Positions 33,100 through 55,800 of a stretch of DNA of 64,000 bases are shown piece by piece (position 1 is the stretch's first letter; each line of letters starts with the position of its first letter). The translations under genes were made by a program, and so were the position numbers. Below the pieces are notes generated by a model. That model ran no database searches. It was not told the origin of the DNA and saw only the letters and a program-made list of their open reading frames with translations. The stretch is from assembly GCF_009914755.1 (NCBI RefSeq), contig NC_060941.1. One strand, written 5' to 3'. Source of the DNA: the human T2T-CHM13v2.0 reference genome, Homo sapiens.

Positions 33100-33750
33100 T
33101 GGGCCAGGTGAATGCAAATCTTGTCACCAAACTACACACAAATCGACCCCTCCAGTGAAGCGATGGCCTCGCGGCACAGGGAGTAGGATACGCCGGGAGG
33201 GTGGTTCCAGACAAAATTGGTGGTCCCCGAAGGCCAGGCGGTTCCCTCCGGGCGCTCTCGGCGACCCTAGGCAAACAAAAGGTGGAGGGGCCGTCTGGGC
33301 GCGTTTCTGAGCGCCGGCAAGTCCCAAAGTATCCTGGGCTGTAGGTCCGAGGCTGCGGTGCGCAGCAGAGGTGGCTCGGAGGTGAGCCAGCAGGTGCGGG
33401 CGGACAGGTGGGGCGCACCTGAGTATATGTAGGGCGTCGGGGGCGCGGCCCGCGCGCCCCGGGAGCGCGGGAGGGGGAGGCGGGACCGGAGGGGCGGCCG
33501 AGGATGACCTGACGTCACCGAAGGGACACTCACCTGAACCGGAAGTCGTGGCCCCCACCCCTCCTTGCCCAGGTGAGGAGGAAGAAACCTGAGCACCAGG
33601 GTCACGCCCCTTCGCTTGCCCGGTTTTGACCGCCGCTGGGGAGGAGGCGGTGGCTCCCCAGGAGTCCCAAGCTCCGAGTCAGCCCCTCCGGACTGGATTT
33701 CCCTCGAACACCGGGAAGCCCCTTCCTTTCTTCCCAACAGGTGCGCCTGG
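33100..33750 (-). promoter_or_regulatory. CLDN7 promoter/5'UTR CpG island with CRE, ETS site, TATA-like element and multiple CAGGTG E-boxes
   Basis: TGACGTCA 33510-33517; ACCGGAAGT 33538-33546; TACATATA (minus) ~33424-33431; CAGGTG/CACCTG at 33105, 33391, 33405, 33416, 33531, 33570, 33738. Confidence 0.7.
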
Positions 33751-35191
33751 GACGCTGCGGGGCGCCCCTGACAAGCCTCGGCGCCGCCCTTTCCCCGCCG
33801 GGTTCTGTCCAAAGTGCTCTCTCCTCGGCCCTGCTTTCGCCCCCACCCGCTGCTCTCCTTTTTTTTCCTGTCTCCTACCCTGGTCGATCCCACCTTCGGG
33901 GGCCCTGGCTCGATCCCTGAGAGTCGCCCCCTTCAGCACCCTCTTCAGTGTCCCGGTTCTCTGGCTCTGCTACAGACACCCGGCTTAGCGTGGCTCCCCA
34001 ACAGCCCCACCTTCCTGTGCCCCCATTCCAACCCAACATGACTTACAGCCTGAACCCTTTGCACTCAACCTCCCCACCTACCACTGTCCCCTCCGGCATC
34101 AAGGCTCCTAACTGGAGGAAGAAACCACTGGGACCTAAAGCCGGCCGAGGGTGGGGAGCAGGGTGAGGGCTAGGTCAGAGTCTTGGCCACACCCATCGTT
34201 CCCCTCCCTTAGAGTCTTTTCAGACCTATCCTCCACCTTTCCCACCCCTCCCCCACACTCGCCCGTTTCTCTTTCCCTCCCGGGCCTGGGCTTGGACTGC
34301 CAATTGCTGTGCACTCTGTCACGCCTCACTGTTCCGTCCTCCCTATAATCTGGCTCTCTAAGGTGGTCGTCCATGGTCCCTCACCCTGCAGTCCTGCTAT
34401 CTCTCCCCAAAGCATTGCTCCCTCCTTCCTCCCGGCACCCCTTCCAGCCTTTTGCTCCTTCCTCCTTCATCTTTGGTCATCTCCCCTTCCTGCCTTTCCT
34501 GCTTTGGAGCTTCCTGTTTCACTCCTTGTCTTTTTTTTGTTGTTGTTTGAGAGGAGGAAGTCTGTGTTACCCAGGCTGGAGTGCAGAGGTGCAATCTCGG
34601 CTCACTGCAGCCTCGCCTCCTGGGCTCAAGCGATCACCCCGCCTCAGCGTCCCCAGTAGCTGGGACCGCGGGTGCACACCACCACGCCCAGCTAAAGTTT
34701 TTGTATTTTTGGTAGAGAAGGGTTTTCACCATGTTGCTCAGGCTGGTCTTGAACACTTGAACTGAAGCAATCCCCCTGCCCCCACCTCCTAAAGTGCAGG
34801 ATTACAGGCGTGAGCCACCGCACCCAGCCCACTCCTTGTCTTTTCGTTTACCTTTGCGCCTTGTCTCCAGTCTCCTTGGAACCCAGCATCAGCAATTAAT
34901 CTTTCTTTCCTCTTCTTAGGTGCACACTGCACTTTCCCCACCCACCCTGCCCAGTTTCCTCCCAATCTTCCTACTACCCTCCAACCTCCTCATACTTCTC
35001 AGATTCTCACATACCCTGCTTATTCTGGCTCTCTCTCATTTCATTTTCCTCTCTCCATTTTTTACCTCAACTCTCTCACGTTTTTTATCTTTGTTTTGCC
35101 CTCTCAAACATTTCTCTGTCTTTCCTTCGTTTATTCGCTAAACATATTAAAGTCCCCCTTATGCTAAGCTAATTGACCTGCTTTTGTATAA

Positions 35192-35494
<303 letters not shown>

Positions 35495-35640
35495 TGAGTC
35501 ACTGCTCCCAGCCATGAACTGTTTGTTATTCGTTTTTATTGTTGTACTTTTGGATTAATGGTACTTTTCTGGATTAATGTACTCTTAGAGGCCGGGTCTC
35601 ACTCTGTCGCCCAGGCTAGAGTGCAGTGGTACAATTATAG

Positions 35641-35968
<328 letters not shown>

Positions 35969-36015
35969 TGATCTCCCTGCCTCAGCCTCCCAAAGTGCTG
36001 GGATTACAGGAGTGA

Positions 36016-36199
<184 letters not shown>

Positions 36200-36305
36200 T
36201 AGCTGAGACTACAGGCACCCGCCACCACGCCCGGCTAATTTTTTTGTATTTTTTTAGTAGAGGCGGGGTTTCACCGTGTTAGCCAGGATGGTCTCGATCT
36301 CCTGA

Positions 36306-36659
<354 letters not shown>

Positions 36660-36684
36660 TGAGATTTTCTTTTTTTCTTTTTAA

Positions 36685-36959
<275 letters not shown>

Positions 36960-36995
36960 TGAGCCACCACCCCCGGCCTTTTTTTTTATTATGTT

Positions 36996-37107
36996 AAAAG
37001 ACTAGTCAGATGCAGTAGTGAGAAAGCAGTGAGAGTGGAAAAAGAAGTTCCGTCTGTAACTGACTGTGAACAATCAATTGAAATAATTCACTACCTTCAG
37101 ACCAGCT
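36996..37107 (-). pseudogene. Y1 RNA (RNY1) processed pseudogene
   Basis: Reverse complement reads AGCTGGTCTGAAGGTAGTGAATTATTTCAATTGATTGTTCACAGTCAGTTACAGA...TTCTCACTACTGCATCTGACTAGTCTTTT, closely resembling human Y1 RNA, and is followed by an A-rich tail. Confidence 0.93.
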
Positions 37108-37363
37108 GAGATTTTCTTGAAAATTTTCCTTTTAGCTCTAAAAGAAAATATTTGTCATCACTTAACTATATCCAGCTTCTCTCCAAACTCACTGCCGCCA
37201 CGCCACACCAGCCCAAGACTGGACACAGCAACTGCCTCCAAACCAATCTCCCTTCCACACTGGTCATTTTAAACTCTATTCTCTGGAGTGACCACTTCTT
37301 ACTCACTCAGAGCTTTGTCATTTCCTGTTTAAAATCTTTCAGTTGGCCGGGTGCGGTGGCTCA

Positions 37364-37693
<330 letters not shown>

Positions 37694-38105
37694 TCACACC
37701 ATGGCTGACCTGACTGCCTCAGCCACACTGGCCTTCTCTGTTCCTGCCCACTGAATTGCCTTTGTACAGTCTGTTCTCTGGGTCTGGAAGCTCTTCTCCA
37801 TCCACTCCCACCCACCTTCCTCTATCCAGCTAACCAACTAATCCTTCAGCTATCCCTCAAATAGCACTTCTTTTAGAAAGCCTGGCCTGACCACCCCACC
37901 CCAAACTGAGTCAGATCATCTGCATAGTGCTCTCACGGCTACCAGTACTTTGCTTTCAAAGCTCTTATCACAGTTTGAAAATACTGTATTTACTTTATGT
38001 ACTTATTTATTCAATGTCAATATCCCCACTATACTGTATGCTCCAAGAGGGTAGAGATGTGTCTGGATTTTATCACCAATAAATATTTGAGGAATGAATG
38101 AATAA

Positions 38106-38291
<186 letters not shown>

Positions 38292-38334
38292 TAGGGTTAC
38301 AGGCACGGACCACCATGCCCAGCTAATTTTTTAA

Positions 38335-38478
<144 letters not shown>

Positions 38479-38989
38479 TAAGTGTCTATAATGTGCCAGA
38501 CATGGCCAGGCACAGTGGTTATGTCTGTAGTCCCAGCTACTCAGGAAGCTGAGGTGAGAAGATCACTTAAGCCCATAAGTTCGAGGCTGCAGTGAGCTAT
38601 GATCATGCCACTGCACTCCAGTCTGGGCAACAGAGGGAGATCCTGTCTCTTAAAAAAAAAAAATGGTGCGGCCAGGTGTGGTGGCTTATGCCTGTAATCG
38701 CAGCCCTTTGGGAGGCAGAGGCAGGAGGATCACGAGGTCAGGAGTTCGAGACCAGTCTAGCCAACATGGTGAAACCCCATCTCTACTAGAAATACAAAAA
38801 ATTAGCTGGGTGTGGTGGCAGGGGCCTGTAATCCCAGCTACTCGGGAGGCTGAAGCAGGAGAATCGCTTTAACCTGGGAGGCAGAGGTTGCAGTGAGCCG
38901 AGACTGCATCACTGTACTTCAGCCTGGGCAACAGAGCAAGACTCTGTCTCAAAAAAAAAAAAGGGGGGGAGACCAAGCATGTTGGCTCA

Positions 38990-39397
<408 letters not shown>

Positions 39398-39400
39398 TTA

Positions 39401-39643
<243 letters not shown>

Positions 39644-39761
39644 CTACTTATTTTCTAGAAGGAAGAAGCAGACAATAAAGACATAAACAAAACGGTGCAT
39701 GTTTTGAAAGCAATAAAGCAGTGTAATCTGATGAGGTCGAATCTACTCTAGGATGAGGTTA

Positions 39762-40198
<437 letters not shown>

Positions 40199-40216
40199 TC
40201 ACAGTAATTAATTTAA

Positions 40217-40443
40217 AGCAGAATTTCTCAACCTTGACACTGTTGACATTTTCTCCCCTGCTATCTCTTGGGCTAGATAATTTTTTGTTGTCCCATGCAT
40301 TATAGGATATTTAGGAGCATCTCTGACTTCTATCAATTAGATGTACCCTCCCCTGTACCTAAGTGTGACAAAAAATGTCTCCAGACGTTGCCAAATGTCC
40401 CAGGGAGGAGAGGAGTAAAATGGGTCCCAGTAAAGCGTGACTG
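40217..40443. mobile_element. MER20 (hAT-Charlie) DNA transposon fossil
   Basis: CAGAATTTCTCAACCTTGACACTGTTGACATTT...GATAATTTTTTGTTG...AAAAATGTCTCCAGACGTTGCCAAATGTCCC resembles the MER20 consensus. Confidence 0.75.
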
Positions 40444-40654
40444 GTGAGCATCATCATGGATTTTTTTCCTCTAATAGCCTTGAAGTAACTAGTTGGATAA
40501 AAGGATCCAAGTAGGGGCCGGGCGTGGTGGTTCACACCTATAATCCCAGCACTTTGGGAGGCTGAGGTGGGCGGATCACCTGAGGTCAGGAATTCGAGAC
40601 CAGCCTGACCAACATGGAGAAACCCGGTCTGTACTAAAAATACAAAACTAATCA

Positions 40655-40843
<189 letters not shown>

Positions 40844-40988
40844 CTAGGGTTGGGTGTTACTAAAAAGAGGAAGAAGGAATTTTATAATATTTTCACGAGA
40901 GTGATTGTGTTAGATTATAGATATAAATTGGGTAAGAGGGAGAGAAAACACAAAAGAGTTGGTGGATAGTGAAAAACTGGTAGGATCA

Positions 40989-41093
<105 letters not shown>

Positions 41094-42308
41094 TCACTTG
41101 AGCTCAGGAGTTGGAGACCAGCCTGGGCAATATGGCAAAACCTCACCTCTACAAAAAAAATACAACAGCAAAAAGTTAGGCAGGCATGGTGGCTGGCACC
41201 TGTAGTCCTAGCTACTCGCTCGAGAGGCTGCGGTGGGAGGATTGCTTAAGCCTGGAAGGTCGAGGCTACAGTGAGCCATGATCATTCCACTGCACTCCAG
41301 CCTGGGCAACAGAGGGAGACCCTGTCTCAAGAAAAAAAGAGGCCGAGTGCGGTGGGTCAAGCCTGTAATCCCAGCACTTTGGGAGGCCGAGGCGGACGGA
41401 TCACGAGGTCAGGAGATCGAGACCATCCTGGCTAACACGGTGAAACCCTGTCTCTACTAAAAACACAAAAATTAGCCAGGCATGGTGACACACTCCTGTA
41501 GTCCCAGCTACTCAGGAGGCTGAGGCAGGAGAATGGCGTGAACCCGGGAGGCGGAGCTTGCAGTGAGCCGAGATTGCGCCACTGGGCAACAGAGTGAAAC
41601 TCTGTCTCAATAAATAAATAAATAAATAAAATTTTTAAAAAGGAAAAAAAAAAGTGAGGATATGTGAGTAAATGAACTAGAAGGCTAGAGGTGATTATGA
41701 AACATTCCTGGTTTGAATTCAAAAAATTGGAAGAAGGCCGGGCACAGTGGCTCACGCCTATAATCTTAGCACATTGGGAGGTTGAAGCAAGCAGATCACT
41801 TGAGGCCAAGCAGATTGCTTGAGGCTTGAGACCAGCCTGACCCGTTAACAAGGCAAAACCCCGTCTCTCCTAAAAATACAAAAATTGGCCAGGCCTCGGA
41901 GGCCTGCAGAGAGCCGAGATCACGCCACTGCACTCCAGCTTGGGTGACAGAGCAAGACTCAGTCTCAAAAAAAAAAAAAAAAAAAAAATAGCCAGGCATA
42001 ATCCCAGCTTCTTGGGAGGTTGAGCCATGAGAACTGCTTGAACCCAGGAAGCAGAAATTGCAATGAGCCGAGGTCACACCACTGCACTCCTGCCTGGGCA
42101 ATACAGCAAGACTCTGTCTCAAAAAAAAAAAATTGTTGCTAGGCATGGCAGCTCATGCCTGTAATCCCAGCCTTTTGGGAGGCCAAGGCCAACAGATAGC
42201 TTGAGGTCAGGAATTCGAGACCAGCCTGGGCAACATGGTGAAACCCCATCTCTGCCAAAAATACAAAAATTAGCCAGGCATGGTGGTGGATGCCTGTAAT
42301 CTCCGCTA

Positions 42309-42458
<150 letters not shown>

Positions 42459-42902
42459 CTAGGGTAGAGGTCTGAGGATGGGCTGAAGAGGAAAATCACT
42501 GGAGAAGAGACTGAGGAGCGGAGAGGCCACAATGGATTGCCCTGATGGATTATGAAGTTATCAACGATGATGTTAGGAAAAAATAGGTGAAAAGAGGAAG
42601 AAGATGAGCCAGGTGCTAACATTATCAGTGAATGTGGGTGAACAACCGGGTTTGAAGACCCTTGCAACAAGTAGAGGCAGCAGATCATATAGTTTGAGAC
42701 GTTAATTTCAAAAAGCAGAGGATTTTGAAAGATGAAGAAAGAATAAGGGTCTAAGGCCAGGCATGGTGGCTCATGCCTATAATCCCAGCACTTTGGGAGG
42801 CCGAGGGGGGCAGATCACGAGTTCAGGAGTTCGAGAGCAGCCTGACCTACATGGTGAAACCCCATCTCTACTAAAAATACAAAAATTAGCCGGGCGTGGT
42901 CA

Positions 42903-43392
<490 letters not shown>

Positions 43393-44310
43393 CTACTCTG
43401 CAGTATGCAAAGACCGATGAACAAGCCTCTGTAAAGAGGGCTGCCAGGGAAGTGTGCCCTCCAGACGCCAGGTTTCAGTAAGGTCTAGGAAAGGGAGGTT
43501 CAGAGAAGAGGATGGGCTTATAAGAATGATGACAGACATTGAGTCCAGAGGTAACCGTGGAAAAATTTGAAAGGTCAAGTCTGGTTGGAAGATTGGGTGA
43601 TATTAGGGGATGTACACTACAGTATGGGGTGGTGGATGATGACATTATGAGTTAATCAACCTCGTATGAAAACCCAACCAACTTGTTTGTTTCTACAGGA
43701 AATTGTTCTGAGTTCTAAAAACTGATACATAAATTAACTTTGGAAACTTGCAGCATTATTTATAAAGTAATTGGTTACTGATTATTTCAAGGCAAATGAT
43801 ATTCCAGGTTCTAATTCTGCTTCCTTCAGGACTTCATTCTTGGGCTTCGACTATCTCATCTTTAAAATAGGAGTGATAATGTTTTTGCCTACTTGGGAAA
43901 CAAGAGGCTGGGCTAAGTGGTCTACTATGGTTCATTCTGGAGTAGATATTTGAGATACAGATTTGGAAAAGAAGTGAAAAAGTGACCAACTCATTTATGA
44001 GGCTAGGGTAATCTTGCCTCTGAAATCAGTTAGTAATAATATAAGAAAAGAATTCTAGGCCCATTTAATCTATGAATATAGACACAGAAGTCTTTAATAA
44101 AATATTACTTAACTAGGCTGGAAGCGGTGGCTTACGCCTGTAATCCCAGCACTTTGGGAGGCTGAGATGGGCAGAACACATGAGGCCAGGAGTTCAAAAC
44201 CAGCCTGACCAACATGGTGAAACCCCGTCTCTACTAAAAATACAAAAAAATTCTTTGGGAGGCTGAGGTGGGTGGATCACGAGGTCAGGAGATCGAGACC
44301 ATCCTGGCTA

Positions 44311-44686
<376 letters not shown>

Positions 44687-44689
44687 TTA

Positions 44690-49445
<4,756 letters not shown>

Positions 49446-49612
49446 TAGCCAGGATGGTCTCGATCTCCTGACCTTGTGATCCGTCCGCGTCAGTCTCCCA
49501 AAGTGCTGGGATTACAGGCGTGAGCCACCACGCCTGGCCACGAGTGGATTTTAAAAACATCGTGATTACTGAAAATAAGATCAGAGTGAAATATATAACA
49601 AGATGCTATTTA

Positions 49613-49744
<132 letters not shown>

Positions 49745-49751
49745 CTACTTA

Positions 49752-49988
<237 letters not shown>

Positions 49989-50304
49989 TTAATGCACTGG
50001 AATAATTGAATGCATTGGAATAAGCATTTGGGTGTGGTGAATCGAACGTGTAGTCTTAGCTACTTGGGAGGCTGAGGTGAGAGGACCGCTTGAGCCCAGG
50101 AAGTCTAGGCTGCAGTGATCGGTGACTGTGCCTCTCACTCGAGCCTGAGCAACAGAGACCTCAACTCAAAACCAGTAAAATCGCCGGGCATGGTGGCTCA
50201 CGCCAGTAATCCCAGCACTTTGGGAGGCCGAGGCAGGTGGATCACCTGAGGTCGGGAATTGGAGACAAACCTGACCAACATGGTGAAATCCCCCATCTCT
50301 ACTA

Positions 50305-50463
<159 letters not shown>

Positions 50464-50634
50464 TCAAAACAAACAAAAACAAAAATAAAAATGAGACATA
50501 GATCAGTGAAGACAGTGTGCTAATAACTGTCATTCGTTCAATCTTCTGTGCTGGAACTCAGGGATCAAGGTCCCCAGAAGCCGGAAACAAAGTGAACCTG
50601 TGGAGCAGGAACTGGGTGAGGAAGCTTTCTTTGA

Positions 50635-50920
<286 letters not shown>

Positions 50921-51919
50921 TAAAGTGCTGGGATTACAGGCATGAGCCACCAGGCCGGGCCGGCATTCCAGATTTTTCAGGGGATTAGTGCAGCAAAGGA
51001 ATCAAGAAGGGATGTAAAGGCACAGTGTGTTCTGGGTACAATAAGGACTTAGGCATTGCCCAGAACAGGAGGCGAAGGAGATAGAAGGAGAGGCAGGAGA
51101 GATAGGTAAGGCCAGAGATCGGATAAGAGAGGCAGGAGGTTTTGTTCACTCTGAAAAGGGATTTGAACTTGGCAATTGGGGCAACAGAGACAGTGACTTC
51201 TTGCTTGAGAGATGAGATTGGACCTTCGAAAATTGTTCTCTGCCCTCGTCATAAAGGAAATAAGAGGAGCACGAAGACCAGTGAGGGTGATGGTGATCTG
51301 GACTGAAGTGGCAGCCGCCACGGAGAATATCGGATGAATGTGAGAGAGTTTTGGAGGTCAAAGCACCAATGTTGGAAACTAACTGGATAAACGAGGAGAG
51401 CGGCGCAGGACAGGAGGAATCGAGCCTGACTTCTACCATAGGGGTGACTGGGCGGGTAATTCATTGAAATAAGGAAGTTAGGAGGAGGAGCAGGTTTGGA
51501 CATGCTGATCACTAGAGCTGCCACATCCGGGCGGTAACGAACACCTGGATCTGCAGCTCCAGAGAAGGGCCTGGGTCAGATGTCACTGAAGCCCTATGGT
51601 GGCGGAAAGGCGAGAAATAGTGGGTTGAGATTCCAAGTGCAATCCACTGCGGCTCCTCGCTCGCCCTCCAGGTGGCAGCACAACCCTGCGCTTCCGAAGC
51701 CCGTTTTCTGAGCCAGACACTCTCCACGCTCTGGGTATTTCGGCTTCTCTCTCCCCACACGCCGACCCTAGGTCGCGCACTTTCTGCCTGGCAGAATTTG
51801 GCCGAGGATCCAAACCCGGAGCAGCCTCCAGAGAGCGTGTCGTTCACGCGGCCAGCATATGCTCAGAGACCTCAGAGGCTCAGAGACCTCAGGGCTGGTG
51901 GTGTGGTCGGTTGTGACCA

Positions 51920-51949
51920 CTTGTCCCTCGGACCGGCTCCAGGAACCAA
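51920..51949 (+). promoter_or_regulatory. GLUT4 promoter Domain I (GEF/SLC2A4RG binding element)
   Basis: CTTGTCCCTCGGACCGGCTCCAGGAACCAA, ~250-280 bp upstream of the MEF2 site; matches the described Domain I as I recall it. Confidence 0.6.
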
Positions 51950-52197
51950 CCTGGGGAATGTGTGTAGGGGAAGGGCGGGATAGACAGTGCCCGGAGCAGG
52001 GAGGCGCTGAAAGACAGGACCAAGCAGCCCGGCCACCAGACCCGTTGTGGGAACGGAATTTCCTGGCCCCCAGGGCCACACTCGCGTGGGAAGCATGTCG
52101 CGGACCCTTTAAGGCGTCATCTCCCTGTCTCTCCGCCCCCGCCTGGGACAGGCCGGGACGCCCGGGACCTGACATTTGGAGGCTCCCAACGTGGGAG

Positions 52198-52230
52198 CTA
52201 AAAATAGCAGCCCCGGGTTACTTTGGGGCA
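52198..52230 (+). promoter_or_regulatory. GLUT4 enhancer: MEF2 site plus adjacent DR-4 nuclear receptor element (TR/LXR)
   Basis: Perfect MEF2 consensus CTAAAAATAG at 52198-52207; GGGTTA-CTTT-GGGGCA DR-4 at 52215-52230. Confidence 0.85.
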
Positions 52231-52878
52231 TTGCTCCTCTCCCAACCCGCGCGCCGGCTCGCGAGCCGTCTCAGGCCGCTGGAGTTTCCCCGGGGCAAGT
52301 ACACCTGGCCCGTCCTCTCCTCTCAGACCCCACTGTCCAGACCCGCAGAGTTTAAGATGCTTCTGCAGCCCGGGATCCTAGCTGGTGGGCGGAGTCCTAA
52401 CACGTGGGTGGGCGGGGCCTTTTGTTCCAGGGACTCTTTTCTCAAAACTTCCCAGTCGGAGGCTGGCGGGAACCCGAGAGGCGTGTCTCGCCAGCCACGC
52501 GGAGGGGCGTGGCCTCATTGGCCCGCCCCACCAACTCCAGCCAAACTCTAAACCCCAGGCGGAGGGGGCGTGGCCTTCTGGGGTGTGCGGGCTCCTGGCC
52601 AATGGGTGCTGTGAAGGGCGTGGCCCGCGGGGGCAGGAGCGAGGTGGCGGGGGCTTCTCGCGTCTTTTCCCCCAGCCCCGCTCCACCAGATCCGCGGGAG
52701 CCCCACTGCTCTCCGGGTCCTTGGCTTGTGGCTGTGGGTCCCATCGGGCCCGCCCTCGCACGTCACTCCGGGACCCCCGCGGCCTCCGCAGGTTCTGCGC
52801 TCCAGGCCGGAGTCAGAGACTCCAGGATCGGTTCTTTCATCTTCGCCGCCCCTGCGCGTCCAGCTCTTCTAAGACGAG

Positions 52879-55800
52879 ATGCCGTCGGGCTTCCAACAGA
52901 TAGGCTCCGAAGTAGGATTCATCATGAGGGGGCGGGGCGGGGGGGCACGGGTCCCGCTTTTCTTGGGCTGGGGTCGCGGTTGGGGTCAGCTGGGGGTGGT
53001 TCCTGCGCAGGCGCAGGGGGTGAAGGTAGGGGGCTGGCTATTTATACCCGGCCTGGACAACCCGTGACTGTGAGATTCCAATCCTACCAAAAGGCAGAGT
53101 GGGTCTGGAGGGCCTTTCGGGGCACAGGCAGCAAGTGGATTCTGCGAGCCAGGGTTCACCCCCTTGCCTAGTAGGCGGCGCGGCGCTCCGGAATCGGGGA
53201 CACCCTGCCCTCGATCCGACTCGGGAAAGCAGATCCAGGCGGGTCTTGCCCTCCGGGAGCTGTCCGTCCGTCTTCGCTCACGGGCAGTGTTTCGAGGACC
53301 GGAGGCTCTCCGTGGGCCCCCACCCCCACTCCTGGCCGCCCTCCAGGACGCTGAACTTTCCCTTGGCCCCATGGTTGGTGGAGGGGCAGAGGGGACTGTC
53401 AGCCCCCCCTCCCCCAGCTCAGGTTTCCGCTTGGAGACAGTCTGTGCCGCCAGCGAGCGGCCACCACTGCCACCGCCCCTCACACTACCTTCCTGCCCTC
53501 CTCCCCTGGGCATGGCTCTCCCAGGCAGAACCCCTGGACGGCCCTCCCTGCACGGAGGTTAGAGGGGGAGGGCAGGCCACGACGTAGATAGAGAAGGCCA
53601 CCCCTAGATGACCGGGATGTCCTTTCTGGAACAGCACTTCTTGGTCCTGTTGGGGGCCTCCTGGAGCTGGCTGACAGAACCCCCAGAGGGGAGGGAAGAG
53701 GACAGTGGCTGATGATAATAATGCACGTGTTAATTTATGAAACCAGCACTGTCAAGGATATTGTTAACATGTGATGTTGATTTTCACAACACTCTCACAG
53801 ATAGGTAGGCAAGGCAGGCAACATCACCCCCATCTCACAGAGGACACTCAGGTTCGGGGCAGGGAAGTGACTTGGCCAAGGTCACACAAATCTGAGCTCT
53901 TAAGGCCAAGCCTGTCTCAAGGTCACAGAAGAATTTTGAGACAAGTTCTCAAACATTTCTCTGCCTTATGGACCCAAACATCCAGTTTCTCCTTTATGCC
54001 CAGGTTGCAGTTCAGCTCCTGTTTACATTGAGATCTTTGTGCAATTCCTAATATGGCCCAGTTTCCCTCACCCAACATGTTGGGTGGAGCCCAGTATCTT
54101 CAGGCTCCAGCTGGGCCCGGGCCCCTAGCGGAAGGAAAAAAATCATGGTTCCATGTGACATGCTGTGTCTTTGTGTCTGCCTGTTCAGGATGGGGAACCC
54201 CCTCAGCAGCGAGTGACTGGGACCCTGGTCCTTGCTGTGTTCTCTGCGGTGCTTGGCTCCCTGCAGTTTGGGTACAACATTGGGGTCATCAATGCCCCTC
54301 AGAAGGTGAGGGCCTGCAGCTGGCAGGGTGGGGGTACCCAAACGAGGAGGACAGGTGTCTCGGGGGTGGTGGAAAGGGGACGGTCTGCAGGAAATCTGTC
54401 CTCTGCTGTCCCCCAGGTGATTGAACAGAGCTACAATGAGACGTGGCTGGGGAGGCAGGGGCCTGAGGGACCCAGCTCCATCCCTCCAGGCACCCTCACC
54501 ACCCTCTGGGCCCTCTCCGTGGCCATCTTTTCCGTGGGCGGCATGATTTCCTCCTTCCTCATTGGTATCATCTCTCAGTGGCTTGGAAGGTTCGCAGCTG
54601 GAGGGCAGGGGTGGGGGAAACAGGAAGGGAGCCACTGCTGGGTGCCCTCACCCTCACAGCCTCACTCTGTCTGCCTGCCAGGAAAAGGGCCATGCTGGTC
54701 AACAATGTCCTGGCGGTGCTGGGGGGCAGCCTCATGGGCCTGGCCAATGCTGCTGCCTCCTATGAAATGCTCATCCTTGGACGATTCCTCATTGGCGCCT
54801 ACTCAGGTACTCACGGGCACCACAGCCCTGCCTAGCGCCCTGTTCTCTTTCACCATGCCTGGGCTTTCAGATGGGAATGGACACCTGCCCTCAGCCCTCT
54901 CTTCTTCCCTCGCCCAGGGCTGACATCAGGGCTGGTGCCCATGTACGTGGGGGAGATTGCTCCCACTCACCTGCGGGGCGCCCTGGGGACGCTCAACCAA
55001 CTGGCCATTGTTATCGGCATTCTGATCGCCCAGGTGACCGGAGCAAGCCTCATGGGTGCCTGGGCAGTGGTTAGAGTGGGGCTCTGGAGAATATGGTGGG
55101 CTTCCAAGGTAAGGCAGAAGGGCTGAGTGACCTGCCTTCTTTCCCAACCTTCTCCCACAGGTGCTGGGCTTGGAGTCCCTCCTGGGCACTGCCAGCCTGT
55201 GGCCACTGCTCCTGGGCCTCACAGTGCTACCTGCCCTCCTGCAGCTGGTCCTGCTGCCCTTCTGTCCCGAGAGCCCCCGCTACCTCTACATCATCCAGAA
55301 TCTCGAGGGGCCTGCCAGAAAGAGTAAGCTCTCCCGCTGCAGCCTGGCCCAGGCCCATGCCTCCGCCTCATCTTGCTAGCACCTGGCTTCCTCTCAGGTC
55401 CCCTCAGGCCTGACCTTCCCTTCTCCAGGTCTGAAGCGCCTGACAGGCTGGGCCGATGTTTCTGGAGTGCTGGCTGAGCTGAAGGATGAGAAGCGGAAGC
55501 TGGAGCGTGAGCGGCCACTGTCCCTGCTCCAGCTCCTGGGCAGCCGTACCCACCGGCAGCCCCTGATCATTGCGGTCGTGCTGCAGCTGAGCCAGCAGCT
55601 CTCTGGCATCAATGCTGTATGTGTGGAGCAGCCTCCAGGCAGGGCACAGCCCCGGGAGGGTAGACGAGAGTGGGGAGCAAACCCCCTCCACCAACACCCA
55701 GGGTAGGGCCAGCCTGTTGTGGCTGGAGTAGAGGAAGGGGCATTCCTGCCATCACTTCTTCTTCTCCCCCACCTCTAGGTTTTCTATTATTCGACCAGCA

